From: an uncultured Thermoplasmatales archaeon
GTDB taxonomy: Archaea > Thermoplasmatota > E2 > UBA202 > DSCA01
NCBI GenBank assembly: GCA_964606745.1
Contig: CAZSHJ010000004.1
Span: 1-61,227 of the forward strand
Direction of reading: 5' to 3'
Length of the DNA: 61,227 bases
In this document: piece by piece, positions 19,813 through 29,130 of the stretch
How positions within the stretch are numbered: the first letter of the stretch is position 1
Layout of the letters: every line of letters begins with the position of its first letter
Made by a program: the position numbers and the translations under genes
Notes under the pieces: model-generated
The model's input: only the letters and a program-made list of their open reading frames with translations
Told to the model about the DNA's origin: nothing
The model's database searches: none

Positions 19813-20604
19813 ATGCCTAAAATCAATCCTGATGAGATAACTAACGTCGTGGTAACGGGCAAGAGTGGTGCAGGCAAGCAGCCCAGAATAGATGTATTGG
19901 TAGAGAGATTTAATCTTGAGCAGCTTTCCACCGGCAACATATTTCGCTCCTATCTGGGGAAATTCAATGCACATGGTTATGATGGGAAACTGGACGGTTT
20001 CTGGAATGAAAAGGAACAGCAATTCATACCAGACGATGAGATTGCAGAGGAACTGGGAACAGATGATGATGACATAATGCTGGGCATGAAAGCCAAGTAT
20101 TTCGTTGATAAGGGGCTATTTGTTCCTGATTACATAACCAATGCGCTTTTTGATTCATATTTTGCAAAAAAGGGTTATCGCAAGCAGGTGCTGGACGGTT
20201 ATCCAAGGACAATGCAGCAATCAAAATTTCTTCTTGGGCTGATGGATAAGAAGAATTCCATAATAGATTTCGTCCTGCTGGTTGAAAACTCGGATGATAA
20301 AATAGTAGAGAGAACCATTAACAGGCGAATATGCCCGGAATGCGGTGCGGTGTACCACCTGAAATACAAGCCACCGGATAATGGCCACTGTAAAAAATGC
20401 GGTGCAAAGGTCATCCAGCGTTCGGACGATACGGAGGAAAAAATCCGTTCCCGGCTCGAGGAATTCAAAAAGAAGGCACTACCCGCCCTCGAATATCTGG
20501 AAATACATGGCATTCCGGTTGTTAGAGTTCCGGGACATCTCGAGGAATTTACACCGGAGAACGTCCGTAAAAGTGTCATGAATGAAGTAGAGAAGCTGTT
20601 TTAG
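19813..20604 (+). CDS. adk: Adenylate kinase (bacterial type, Zn-LID) with insertion
   Basis: GKSGAGK P-loop, LSTGNIFR, FVPD, LDGYPRT, RRICPECG...CKKCG, QRSDD. Confidence 0.85.
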   Translation: MPKINPDEITNVVVTGKSGAGKQPRIDVLVERFNLEQLSTGNIFRSYLGKFNAHGYDGKLDGFWNEKEQQFIPDDEIAEELGTDDDDIMLGMKAKYFVDKGLFVPDYITNALFDSYFAKKGYRKQVLDGYPRTMQQSKFLLGLMDKKNSIIDFVLLVENSDDKIVERTINRRICPECGAVYHLKYKPPDNGHCKKCGAKVIQRSDDTEEKIRSRLEEFKKKALPALEYLEIHGIPVVRVPGHLEEFTPENVRKSVMNEVEKLF

Positions 20605-20651
20605 GGATCTGCAAATCAAAAATATTTATATTGTCCCCCGATAAAGAAAGG

Positions 20652-21218
20652 ATGAAAAAAATTGTTCTTGCCATTACGGGTGCATCCGGGATTATATATG
20701 GAATAAGGACTTTTGAAGAGTTGAAAAAAGGGGGCTGCAGGGTTTATCTTATAGTATCCGAAAATGCAAAGAAAATAATGGAGCATGAAACTTCGTGCGA
20801 TGTGGAAGAATTGATTACCGGGGCGGACAAGTGTTTTGAGGAGAATGATGTTGAATCGGGGCTTGCCAGCGGTTCTTTCGGGTATGACGGTGCAGCGATT
20901 GTCCCATGCAGTTTGAAAACGATGGGGGCAATTGCCAGCGGATATGCAAATAACTTAATCACGAGAATGGCACTGTGCTCGATGAAGGAAGGAAGGAAAC
21001 TCATTCTCGTTCCGAGGGAAACGCCGCTTGACCTGATAAGCCTTGAGAATATGGTAAAGCTGAAAAAAAGCGGTGCGGTGATACTGCCCGCAATGCCTGC
21101 CTTCTACCACAATCCGCAGCAAATAGATGGCGTTGTAAACTACGTCGTTGGAAAAATACTCGATCAGCTCGGCGTTGAACATAATTTATTTAAAAGATGG
21201 GGTCAATCAATCGAATAG
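20652..21218 (+). CDS. ubiX: Flavin prenyltransferase UbiX
   Basis: ITGASG, ASGS, PCSLKT, PRETP, PAMPAFYH. Confidence 0.92.
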   Translation: MKKIVLAITGASGIIYGIRTFEELKKGGCRVYLIVSENAKKIMEHETSCDVEELITGADKCFEENDVESGLASGSFGYDGAAIVPCSLKTMGAIASGYANNLITRMALCSMKEGRKLILVPRETPLDLISLENMVKLKKSGAVILPAMPAFYHNPQQIDGVVNYVVGKILDQLGVEHNLFKRWGQSIE

Positions 21219-22235
21219 CCTTTCACTCATCCATTCCGGGGTGAATGTAATCTGGTCATCATATCCCTGTCCGTTTCCTATGAAGAGAAGTGGTTTTCCT
21301 ATTGTATATGCAATTGAGAGAGCTGCCCCGCCTTTGGCATCGGCGTCCACCTTGTTGAGTATAATCCCTTCTATTCCGACGACCTCGTCAAATCTCTTTG
21401 CCTGCTCGACGGCATCATTACCGGTCAATGCATCGCCCACGAAGATAATCATATCCGGCTTTGCAACCTTCTTTATTTTCTTCATCTCGTCCATAAGGTT
21501 TATGTTGGTCTGCATTCTCCCTGCAGTATCAAGCAAGACGATATCCCTGTATTTAGCTTTTGCATGCTCGATAGCGTCGTAGGCGACGGCGGCGGGGTCT
21601 GTCCCTGCGGCATGTTTTACCAGTTTCACCCCTATCCTATCTGCATGCAATCCAAGTTGCTCTATCGCACCGGGCCTGAACGTGTCACATGCACCCAAGA
21701 CGCAGCTAAAACCCTTCTTTTTCAGATTGTGGGCAAGTTTTGCAATTGTGGTTGTTTTTCCGGTGCCATTGACGCCAACAAACATCAGAACGACGGGCTT
21801 CTTGCTTTCCTTTATGAACATATCAAAATCCTTATTGCTGGATGATAAAATCTTCTCTATTGCCTTTTTCAGGGTTTCCTTTACCGCCTCGCCTGCATTC
21901 TTCCTCCCGATATACGGAAGCTGGCTTTTCACACTGTTTTTTATATCATCCACAACCGAGAGGGCGACATCCGCCTCGAGAAGACCTATTTCCAGGTTCC
22001 ACATCAATTCTTCAAGCTTCTTCTCGCTCATGGGCAACGATGCCTTCTTTGTCTCGCCAAGTTTTTTCTCCAGAGTCAGCGTTTTTCGCAGTTCATCCTC
22101 CACTTTTTTCCCTGTAACCTTATCTTTTTCCTTCTTTACAGGTTTTACAGACGATTCCTCTGCCCTTTCTCTTTTGATTTCTTCTTCTATTGCATCCTCA
22201 AAATTTTTAAACTTATTCTTCAGGAACTTGAACAT
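21207..22235 (-). CDS. ftsY: SRP receptor FtsY
   Basis: GVNGTGKTTTIAKL, DTFRPGA, DTAGR, KVDADAKGG. Confidence 0.97.
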   Translation of the reverse strand: MFKFLKNKFKNFEDAIEEEIKRERAEESSVKPVKKEKDKVTGKKVEDELRKTLTLEKKLGETKKASLPMSEKKLEELMWNLEIGLLEADVALSVVDDIKNSVKSQLPYIGRKNAGEAVKETLKKAIEKILSSSNKDFDMFIKESKKPVVLMFVGVNGTGKTTTIAKLAHNLKKKGFSCVLGACDTFRPGAIEQLGLHADRIGVKLVKHAAGTDPAAVAYDAIEHAKAKYRDIVLLDTAGRMQTNINLMDEMKKIKKVAKPDMIIFVGDALTGNDAVEQAKRFDEVVGIEGIILNKVDADAKGGAALSIAYTIGKPLLFIGNGQGYDDQITFTPEWMSERLFD

Positions 22236-22247
22236 CTTGACACTTCC

Positions 22248-22643
22248 TTATTGCATTTTCCCGGACAGTTCCTCTACCTTTGCTTTTATTTTCTGGGAGG
22301 TCTCTATAAGTTTATTTTCCTCCTTGAGGAGATCATCTATCTTCTTGTCCACAAATGCCATTGCCTTGCTAATCGATTTTTCCGTGACCACCCCGCCTCC
22401 GACCCCCACCAGAACATTTGACGTATCTCCGAGAGACGCATGGATAAAAACATTTCCTCCAAGGGGCACAAGTAACTCCTTTCCCTTACCTGTCTTGGAT
22501 ATCTCTTCAAGTGACGATTTTACCGTTCTGTATTCTCCCAGCAGTTCCTCCATAAACCTGACCTGCTGGTATATGAGGTCCATTCTTTCCTGGTATTCTT
22601 GCAGGAGAGAAACATTTTTCGTGTTGTCTTCTTTGGTTGCCAT
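22248..22643 (-). CDS. pfdA: Prefoldin alpha subunit
   Basis: LLVPLGGNVF, VLVGVGGG flanked by coiled coils. Confidence 0.92.
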   Translation of the reverse strand: MATKEDNTKNVSLLQEYQERMDLIYQQVRFMEELLGEYRTVKSSLEEISKTGKGKELLVPLGGNVFIHASLGDTSNVLVGVGGGVVTEKSISKAMAFVDKKIDDLLKEENKLIETSQKIKAKVEELSGKMQ

Positions 22644-22644
22644 G

Positions 22645-22884
22645 TTAATGCTCGATGAGATATTTCACCACGGGATTTTCCACTTCTTCAGATGTGATTT
22701 CATCCAATTCTTCTATCTTTACCATTCTTCTCTTTACCCTGTGGTTGCTGCCGATTATCGAAAAAACCTTCTCTTTTGCCTTAATTTTGCTGGTGCTTAT
22801 CACCTCTTTCTTGAATGGATGCCAGATATCCTTCATATAAAATTTTCCTACTATCCTGTATGCCTTTTTTCCCATTTCATTCAC
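22645..22884 (-). CDS. rpl18a: 50S ribosomal protein L18Ae/LX
   Basis: FKKEV, IGSNHRVKRRMVKI; conserved synteny. Confidence 0.92.
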   Translation of the reverse strand: MNEMGKKAYRIVGKFYMKDIWHPFKKEVISTSKIKAKEKVFSIIGSNHRVKRRMVKIEELDEITSEEVENPVVKYLIEH

Positions 22885-23548
22885 CTACCAGATTAAGCGC
22901 ATCTTCTATTCTTCCCATTTCAATACCTGTTGTTTTGCTACCTGCAATGGCACCTTTTGTATTTGCAATCATTCCTGCACCCACATATGGAACACCATGA
23001 TTTATCGTTCCTATGCTGGCATCCACCCCAAATAGTTCCTCGAGTTTATTCTTTTCCTCATCTTCCAGTTTCGGGTGGCACAGCACTCCTTTGTTTGTGG
23101 CTGCTGCGGCCATGCCAACAGTTTTTATGCCGGCTATAGTGCCCCGTTTCGTCTCCACATCCAGCACGTCCTTTATATCCTTTATTGTTTTATCCTCCAG
23201 CATTGGATGGACAAGTGCCCCATAATCATTCACCAGGATGTTATTGCCCACGGCATTAAATTTATCTCCCACCACAAGGAGGTTATCATCAAAATTTCTG
23301 GCGATAACATCAATTTCTTCCTCGCCGATAAAATCTGCTACAACGGCCCCATGGGAGTTGAGAGCCAATAAGGAGCCTATTATTGTACTTCCTCCAATGG
23401 TTATACTCAAAACTCTTACTTTAAGAATCTCCTTTATTTTATCCTTCTCTTTTTCCTGGAGGGAAGGGTCTACAAACGCGATATCATCATTTGCCCTGCA
23501 AAAGACACCCAGATATGAATTGCTGTTAAAATCCAGTCTTCCAAGCAT
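22877..23548 (-). CDS. eif6: Translation initiation factor 6
   Basis: GNNILVNDYGALVHP, GTIAG, GTINHG, GSKTTGIE. Confidence 0.95.
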   Translation of the reverse strand: MLGRLDFNSNSYLGVFCRANDDIAFVDPSLQEKEKDKIKEILKVRVLSITIGGSTIIGSLLALNSHGAVVADFIGEEEIDVIARNFDDNLLVVGDKFNAVGNNILVNDYGALVHPMLEDKTIKDIKDVLDVETKRGTIAGIKTVGMAAAATNKGVLCHPKLEDEEKNKLEELFGVDASIGTINHGVPYVGAGMIANTKGAIAGSKTTGIEMGRIEDALNLVGE

Positions 23549-23560
23549 GGTAACGGTATT

Positions 23561-24187
23561 CTATTTCTTCTCCTTGCCCTCTATTTCTTTTTTTGATTCT
23601 CGGGGTTGTTTTTTTCCGGCTTTTCCTTCCGGCTGTTCAGGTTGCAATTCCTCAACCGTTTCCTCTTTGATTTCCTCGGGAGATTGTTCCTCTGTCTCTT
23701 CCTCTGATTCAGGTTCTTCCGGTTGCTCTGTCTCTTCCTCTGATTCAGGTTCTTCCGGTTGCTCTGTCTCTTCCTCTGGTGATTCTTCCATCTGCTGGAG
23801 TTCCTCCTCTTCAGTCTCCGTTATTTCTTTTTCCGGTTCCACTACTGCTTTCTCTATGATTTCCTCTTTCTCACCAGGTTGCACCGCTTCTTCTTCGGCC
23901 TCCTCCTCTTCTTTCTTCTTTCTCTCCACGACTTCAGCTTCAGGTGTATACGCCCAGACAATACCGTCATCACCTTTCACTCCCTTGATCCTTACTCTTG
24001 TGGGGATGTTGCTCCTGCCCCTCGACCACATTTTTTCATTTAAGCTGGCATCTATCATTACCTCTTCGGATTTCATGTGTTTGGAAAGAAAATTTCTTAT
24101 TTCCTTAATCGCTCTTTTTGTTCTCTTTGGTCTCGGCAAGGACTTTATCTTGATCAGTGGGACAGTATAAATTCTCTCTTCTGGCAT
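23561..24187 (-). CDS. rpl31e: 50S ribosomal protein L31e with long acidic C-terminal extension
   Basis: ERIYTVPL, RTKRAIKEIRNF, LNEKMWSRG, then about 120 aa of Glu-rich tail. Confidence 0.92.
   Translation of the reverse strand: MPEERIYTVPLIKIKSLPRPKRTKRAIKEIRNFLSKHMKSEEVMIDASLNEKMWSRGRSNIPTRVRIKGVKGDDGIVWAYTPEAEVVERKKKEEEEAEEEAVQPGEKEEIIEKAVVEPEKEITETEEEELQQMEESPEEETEQPEEPESEEETEQPEEPESEEETEEQSPEEIKEETVEELQPEQPEGKAGKKQPRESKKEIEGKEKK
23690..23778. repeat. 36-bp tandem repeat (about 2.5 copies) in the rpl31e tail
   Basis: CTCTGTCTCTTCCTCTGATTCAGGTTCTTCCGGTTG twice plus a 17-bp partial copy; encodes EEETEQPEEPES. Confidence 0.9.
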
Positions 24188-24192
24188 TCAAA

Positions 24193-24348
24193 TCACCTCT
24201 TCAATTTACTCCTTCTCCAGTTCCTTCTTTTGGGATGCTGAAGAAATCTCCTGCTTGTTCTCATTGTTATCCAGGCAGGCACACGCCTATTGCTTTTAGT
24301 TTCTTTGTTCAACCTTTTCTTTTTGCCCAACGGTTTATTTCGTGACAT
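24193..24348 (-). CDS. rpl39e: 50S ribosomal protein L39e (not in ORF track)
   Basis: [51 protein letters not shown]. Confidence 0.95.
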   Translation of the reverse strand: MSRNKPLGKKKRLNKETKSNRRVPAWITMRTSRRFLQHPKRRNWRRSKLKR

Positions 24349-24657
24349 CTAAATCCTCCTTATTTTTATTTCCCTTTTCTTTGGCGTCAAATTTTTTACT
24401 AATACCTGGAATTTCTTATCATCAAGTTGCCCTCTTATTCTCCCCATCTGGTACAGACCTATGATTTGATTTTCTATCATCTCTGCATTACGAGGGTTTG
24501 CCATCCTTATTCTTGCCAGCCTTTCTCTGGCATCTGCATCCAGTACCTGGCGGAGTAAAGCCCTTTTCTGGGCATGGATATATGCTTCTTCATTCTGCTC
24601 CTGTCCTTCCTGTTGTATTTGCTGAAGCATTTTCTTCTTGATATCATCTGCATCCAT
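24349..24657 (-). CDS. PDCD5-family dsDNA-binding protein
   Basis: LLRQVLDADARERLARI, ENQII, conserved synteny. Confidence 0.9.
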   Translation of the reverse strand: MDADDIKKKMLQQIQQEGQEQNEEAYIHAQKRALLRQVLDADARERLARIRMANPRNAEMIENQIIGLYQMGRIRGQLDDKKFQVLVKNLTPKKREIKIRRI

Positions 24658-24696
24658 ATTCAATATCACACTTTCTATTCTATTTAAATTTTTTTA

Positions 24697-25113
24697 TTAC
24701 TTTACCAATTCATGGGCCATATTATCAACGAAAGACCGACCTTTAGGGGTGACAACCCGTCCTTCCCCTTTGACTGTTGTTACCAGTCCTGCCTCTTCCA
24801 ACTGCTGAAAAGCTTTTCTAACTATGGAGCCGCTGCCTTTTCTACATTTATACGGCTTTACCCCTCTGTCTCTCTTGCCGCCGAATAAACTTCGCAATCG
24901 TTCGGTTCCAATGGGGCCACGCATGTAGACTTTTCTCAATACCGCTGCCGCCCTCATATACCACCAGTCGGGATTATCGGGCTGCCTTTCCTTATGTACT
25001 CCAGTCTTTACCCACTTTGCCCACTCCGGGGGCGTGATTTTGTACTCGCTTTTGAGTTTTCCCGATAACTTTTTTATTATCGCTTCTGCTGGAACATCAT
25101 ATGCTGTGGTCAT
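24697..25113 (-). CDS. rps19e: 30S ribosomal protein S19e
   Basis: [33 protein letters not shown]. Confidence 0.97.
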   Translation of the reverse strand: MTTAYDVPAEAIIKKLSGKLKSEYKITPPEWAKWVKTGVHKERQPDNPDWWYMRAAAVLRKVYMRGPIGTERLRSLFGGKRDRGVKPYKCRKGSGSIVRKAFQQLEEAGLVTTVKGEGRVVTPKGRSFVDNMAHELVK

Positions 25114-25139
25114 ATTCTCAACGCCCAATACGAAAGTAA

Positions 25140-25148
25140 TATAAAAAA
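25140..25148 (-). promoter_or_regulatory. Probable TATA box of the rps19e operon
   Basis: TTTTTTATA on the minus strand 27-35 bp upstream of the rps19e ATG, just outside the transposon target site. Confidence 0.5.
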
Positions 25149-25371
25149 GTAATGGGATGAACAGTAGTTCCGAAAGTGCCTAATTCCGCCAATCATTTTT
25201 GTCTGTAAACAACAATATAATGTGATTTTAGTTGATTTTTTCATTAAAACCACCTTATTAAATAATCATTTCACTTCAAAAATTGTGTGATTAGTTTAAA
25301 ATTACTAAAAACCCACCTTCTCCAGATTGGAGAACTGGATTAAAAATCAATTTTTATCATTGAGTAACATG

Positions 25372-27015
25372 CTATCCCTCCCCTGTCTTGTAGAATATTG
25401 TAGCAAATAACTTTGATGTTATGACATGTTCGCTATATTTCTCTCCGTATAGCATAAGGCAAATCATAATATCAATTAAAATCCAGAGATTATACATAAG
25501 AACTGAAAACATGAAGTAAAAGAATCTAACGAAATAGTTCTTTGATGTGGTCTTTGAGCGGAATGAATACTTCTTAACCCTGTAGCTTGTCTCTATACCC
25601 CATCGCTTTCCGTATTGCCTGAAAACTTTATCTGCCAAGTCGACATCATTTTCATTCCAATCCTCGTTGCTTGCAAACGAATATTTTCTCCCATCATTTT
25701 CAACAATGATAACATTAATCGGTACATTTGCTATCATGAAATCTTTTATTACACACGGTGCAGATGTTATTTTTAGCAAGTGTATAATGGTTGAATATGC
25801 TGTGCAAGGCATTAAAAAATTCAGTTGGTTCTTGTTGAAGACCCTGATGCATTTTCCGCTGAAGAACCCTCTGTCGGCATATACCTTTCGTATCTTTATT
25901 CTCTGCTTTGCATATGCCAACAGTTTTGATAAAATATCCTCTTTTTTATCGAATGGTCCAACTGGCAATGCCAGCAAAGTAAATCTTCTACCAGCCTCAA
26001 CGATGTTTATGGTGGCAAATCTATAACCTCTATTTGTCCCTCTTTCTGGCTTTCTCCCCACCACCATAGGTGTATTTTTATCGCCATAAAACAGCCAATC
26101 AGTAAAATCAATGGCAACATCGAATTTTCTGTATTTATTGAATAGGTTTTCTTTCCTCGCCATATCCCAAAGTTTCTCAAATATTACGTTGAACATTCTC
26201 TGCAATTCTGCGATATCCCCATATTTTTCCAAATGATAAAGCAGCGTATCTGCATTTGGAACATATTTTCTCAACTCTTTCATGGTCGTTGATCCGTTCT
26301 CTGCAAAATCCTGGGTTAACGCCATATAGATTAGCAAGTCGATAAAATTATTTTTTGTGTAAATGCAATTCCCATTTTGTTTTATGTCGAGAAATGGTGA
26401 AATTTTCTTTTTAATAAGTTTGGCCAGCTCCTTTGTCTTCTTATCCCTTTTACGATAAATAGTACCTTTAGAAATCTCCTTTGTTGGTTTTTCTATGTTG
26501 ATTTCAATATCCAAATCAATACTGAACTTATCAGCCACTTCAACTATTTTCTTTGCTGTAAAATCAATAATCGCCCTTGTTTTGTCGTCAAGGATGTTAT
26601 TTATGAAATGACTAAATGTTCTTCTGTCAGGAATCTTGGTAAGTCCCAACTTTCTTGCTTCTATTTTATAATCCTCTAGATATGATACCAACTGGGTAAA
26701 AAATTTGAGTTGCTTTATTTTCATGAGAAGGATGGCTTGCAAAAGAGCATCATAAGAATATTTAATTTTTCGGTAATCTTGTTTGAAAATGTTCAGATTG
26801 AGACATTGCAGGATATCCAAAACCTTTATCTCATTTCCATCAACTAATCTGAAAACATCATATACTTCAGATTTGATTTTATTCTCTAGTCTTTTGTCTA
26901 AAATTGGCAGGGCGTTACGCTTATTAAGGCTTTTTTGTTCATCTCGCTTGGAGATGTGTATGTGCTTGGCGGCCATATTTATCTCCCAAAGAGATGCTGG
27001 CTGTATGGTCAGCAT
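25372..27015 (-). CDS. ISH3-family (IS4 superfamily) DDE transposase with extra N-terminal domain
   Basis: VAIDFTD, VYADRGF, YGKRWGIETSYR, PNADTLLYHL; N-terminal KYSYDALLQAIL...IPDRRTFSHF resembles DUF772/InsH-N; start may be ATG 26976. Confidence 0.85.
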   Translation of the reverse strand: MLTIQPASLWEINMAAKHIHISKRDEQKSLNKRNALPILDKRLENKIKSEVYDVFRLVDGNEIKVLDILQCLNLNIFKQDYRKIKYSYDALLQAILLMKIKQLKFFTQLVSYLEDYKIEARKLGLTKIPDRRTFSHFINNILDDKTRAIIDFTAKKIVEVADKFSIDLDIEINIEKPTKEISKGTIYRKRDKKTKELAKLIKKKISPFLDIKQNGNCIYTKNNFIDLLIYMALTQDFAENGSTTMKELRKYVPNADTLLYHLEKYGDIAELQRMFNVIFEKLWDMARKENLFNKYRKFDVAIDFTDWLFYGDKNTPMVVGRKPERGTNRGYRFATINIVEAGRRFTLLALPVGPFDKKEDILSKLLAYAKQRIKIRKVYADRGFFSGKCIRVFNKNQLNFLMPCTAYSTIIHLLKITSAPCVIKDFMIANVPINVIIVENDGRKYSFASNEDWNENDVDLADKVFRQYGKRWGIETSYRVKKYSFRSKTTSKNYFVRFFYFMFSVLMYNLWILIDIMICLMLYGEKYSEHVITSKLFATIFYKTGEG

Positions 27016-27016
27016 C

Positions 27017-27100
27017 TTTTGGTATCAATATTTTTTGATATCAAAATATAATACCGTAATTGTTTATATATTTTTTGGTATCAATATTACTTAGTATCAA
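27017..27100. promoter_or_regulatory. Phased operator/centromere-like repeat array between divergent genes
   Basis: RRTATCAA-type motif at 27021, 27037, 27077, 27093 (spacing 16/40/16); 16-bp direct repeat TTTTGGTATCAATATT at 27017 and 27073; palindrome TTTTGATATCAAAA at 27033-27046. Confidence 0.65.
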
Positions 27101-27144
27101 ATAGTAGAAAGTATTAAATAATCCAGTTGGTATTATAAAATCAC

Positions 27145-27471
27145 ATGGATGGCTTAGCCGAGAAAGTCCTGTCTCTTTCAATCCGCAGGAAGGTACTAGA
27201 GGAACTAATAAAAAAAGGCAAGGCGACTGCTTATAAGATAGCTAAAGAATTGGACATTCCTGATGCAGCAGTCGGCAAACATCTCGGGATTTTACATGAA
27301 GTAGGACTTGTACAATCACCTGAAATTGATGTTTCAAGCGGGAGACTCAAAAAGATATATATGCCATCCAATAGAGCTGCAAAAATTTTAAAGGAATTTT
27401 GGAAGAAAGAAATTATGGCAGCACCAAAAATTATCCAGAATATGTGTAAAGAGGTGAAAGAAAATGGTTGA
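27145..27471 (+). CDS. ArsR/PadR-like winged-helix DNA-binding protein
   Basis: RRKVLEEL, AYKIAKEL, VGKHLGILHEVGLV, GRLKKIY. Confidence 0.8.
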   Translation: MDGLAEKVLSLSIRRKVLEELIKKGKATAYKIAKELDIPDAAVGKHLGILHEVGLVQSPEIDVSSGRLKKIYMPSNRAAKILKEFWKKEIMAAPKIIQNMCKEVKENG

Positions 27472-28372
27472 AAAAATATTAGAGATAGATATAGATGAGT
27501 TGGGTGTAGATGAATGCAACATTAGGGGAAGTAAATGGGAATACGATGAGGAGCTTATAAAATCAATTGAAGAAAACGGTATCATCGAACCCCTATTGGT
27601 TCGACCAGCTGACCCTTCTACTGGTTTGAAGTATGGAATTATATGTGGGAGTAGACGTTATAACGCAGCAATTGAAGTGGGTTTAACAAAAGTACCATGT
27701 ATTGTAAAAAAGGTTGATGATGCAACGGCTATCGGTCTCTCTATTATGGAAAACAAACACAGGAAAGATATTCCTGGTTGGGTATACGCAGAAAAAATAA
27801 GACAGATGAACAAGTTAATAAATCATGGAACGCCAACTACAAAAAAAGTAAAAATGATTATATCAAAAACTGGCTTTGCCAAAAGAACGGTATACGATTA
27901 TCTTGCATTGACAGAGGCACCTGAAGAAATAATAGAACTGATGAAAGAACCAGAAGAACGTTCAGAGGAAGTGAATGAGTATATAAAAGCTACTGCACCC
28001 GGTGCAGCAACATTTATAAAGGAGAAACCACTTTCCAAAGATAAGGCAGTTAAAATAGCAACAAATCTTAAGGATTTTTCTGATGAAAAAAAATTTGAAG
28101 TTGCTCGATTTATCGCACCGCTTAAAGAGGAAATAGCGATGGATTTAATCGAAAAAGTAAGATTGCACCCTGAAAAACCTTTAGAAGAAATCAAGAAAAT
28201 GGTTGAGGGTATACCAAAAAGTGCTACTTGGGTGGTACAATTTGAGTGGGAGCCTAAATTGGTTAAAGCATTGGATAATGCGTGCATGGAGAAGAATATC
28301 GATAGAAAGAATCTCGTTACTAAATACGTAAAAGACGGATTGAAACGGGATAGATTTTTAGAGGAGGATTAG
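27464..28372 (+). CDS. ParB/Spo0J-family protein 1 (CTPase-HTH plus putative C-terminal RHH)
   Basis: EELIKSIEENGIIEPLLVRP, ICGSRRYNAA, MENKHRKDI; C-terminal VVQFEW...LVKALDNAC...LVTKYV has a ribbon-helix-helix pattern. Confidence 0.85.
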   Translation: MVEKILEIDIDELGVDECNIRGSKWEYDEELIKSIEENGIIEPLLVRPADPSTGLKYGIICGSRRYNAAIEVGLTKVPCIVKKVDDATAIGLSIMENKHRKDIPGWVYAEKIRQMNKLINHGTPTTKKVKMIISKTGFAKRTVYDYLALTEAPEEIIELMKEPEERSEEVNEYIKATAPGAATFIKEKPLSKDKAVKIATNLKDFSDEKKFEVARFIAPLKEEIAMDLIEKVRLHPEKPLEEIKKMVEGIPKSATWVVQFEWEPKLVKALDNACMEKNIDRKNLVTKYVKDGLKRDRFLEED

Positions 28373-29119
28373 ATGAATGAAGAATTAGCTAAAATAATAA
28401 AAGAGGACAGAGTTGCATCATTGACTACAACCAGTTTGAATGAAATTCTCAAATTATTTCCAATGCAAGGTACACCCTTTAGCTGTTGCATAACGAGCAT
28501 AAAAGCTCATGCATCATCCTCCGAAAAATCAAGGCCACTAATCGATGACCAAGAATATGGGATTGCAGGATATATCGACAAAAGCTCGGATTCCTTTAAT
28601 TTGGATTACAATATACTATTTAATGAGGAAAATGGTGTGCCAGAAAACCCATTAGATGCAGGAGGAATTAATAGAGTACTGACATCGATGAGAAAGCTCG
28701 GTTTTGAAGATGCTGCTGTGGATAATTTTACAGTAATAGTTAGGGATAAAGAGATTGGAAGATTGGCAGGTATTGATGAAGAATTATTTCACTTAACTAT
28801 GGTCTCTGAGCCTGTAGATGGCGATATGGATAGAGCGAAAGTAAAGGAACATGAAGTAAACGAGAGATTATTTAAGTATCATGGATTCAAACATCGTATT
28901 ATGCATTGTAAGAAGTTAATTGACCGTAGGCAGGAACTTACAAAAAAGCAGAGCGAGCAAAAACCATTAATTCATTGGAGGGGTTCAACTATAACTTCTT
29001 TGAGATCACCAATAAAAATTGCTCAAAAAGTAAAAGAACATTTCGGGGAATATGGACTCATAAAGAAATATGGACAAGGAAGTGAGGATACTTTGGTGCT
29101 ATTAGATGTGTCTAGATAA
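28373..29119 (+). CDS. Hypothetical protein between the two ParBs
   Basis: 248 aa, abuts ParB1 stop; no Walker A motif recognised. Confidence 0.75.
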   Translation: MNEELAKIIKEDRVASLTTTSLNEILKLFPMQGTPFSCCITSIKAHASSSEKSRPLIDDQEYGIAGYIDKSSDSFNLDYNILFNEENGVPENPLDAGGINRVLTSMRKLGFEDAAVDNFTVIVRDKEIGRLAGIDEELFHLTMVSEPVDGDMDRAKVKEHEVNERLFKYHGFKHRIMHCKKLIDRRQELTKKQSEQKPLIHWRGSTITSLRSPIKIAQKVKEHFGEYGLIKKYGQGSEDTLVLLDVSR

Positions 29120-29130
29120 ACCCATAAAAA

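Noticed and set aside
21682-24170. Long + strand ORFs (404 aa at 21682 and 310 aa at 23238)
   Set aside because: Antisense shadows of ftsY/pfdA/rpl18a and eIF6/rpl31e; the Ser-rich repeats simply mirror the Glu-rich tail.
28373-29119. ParA candidate between the two ParBs
   Set aside because: No deviant Walker A (KGGxGK) or other ATPase motif visible.
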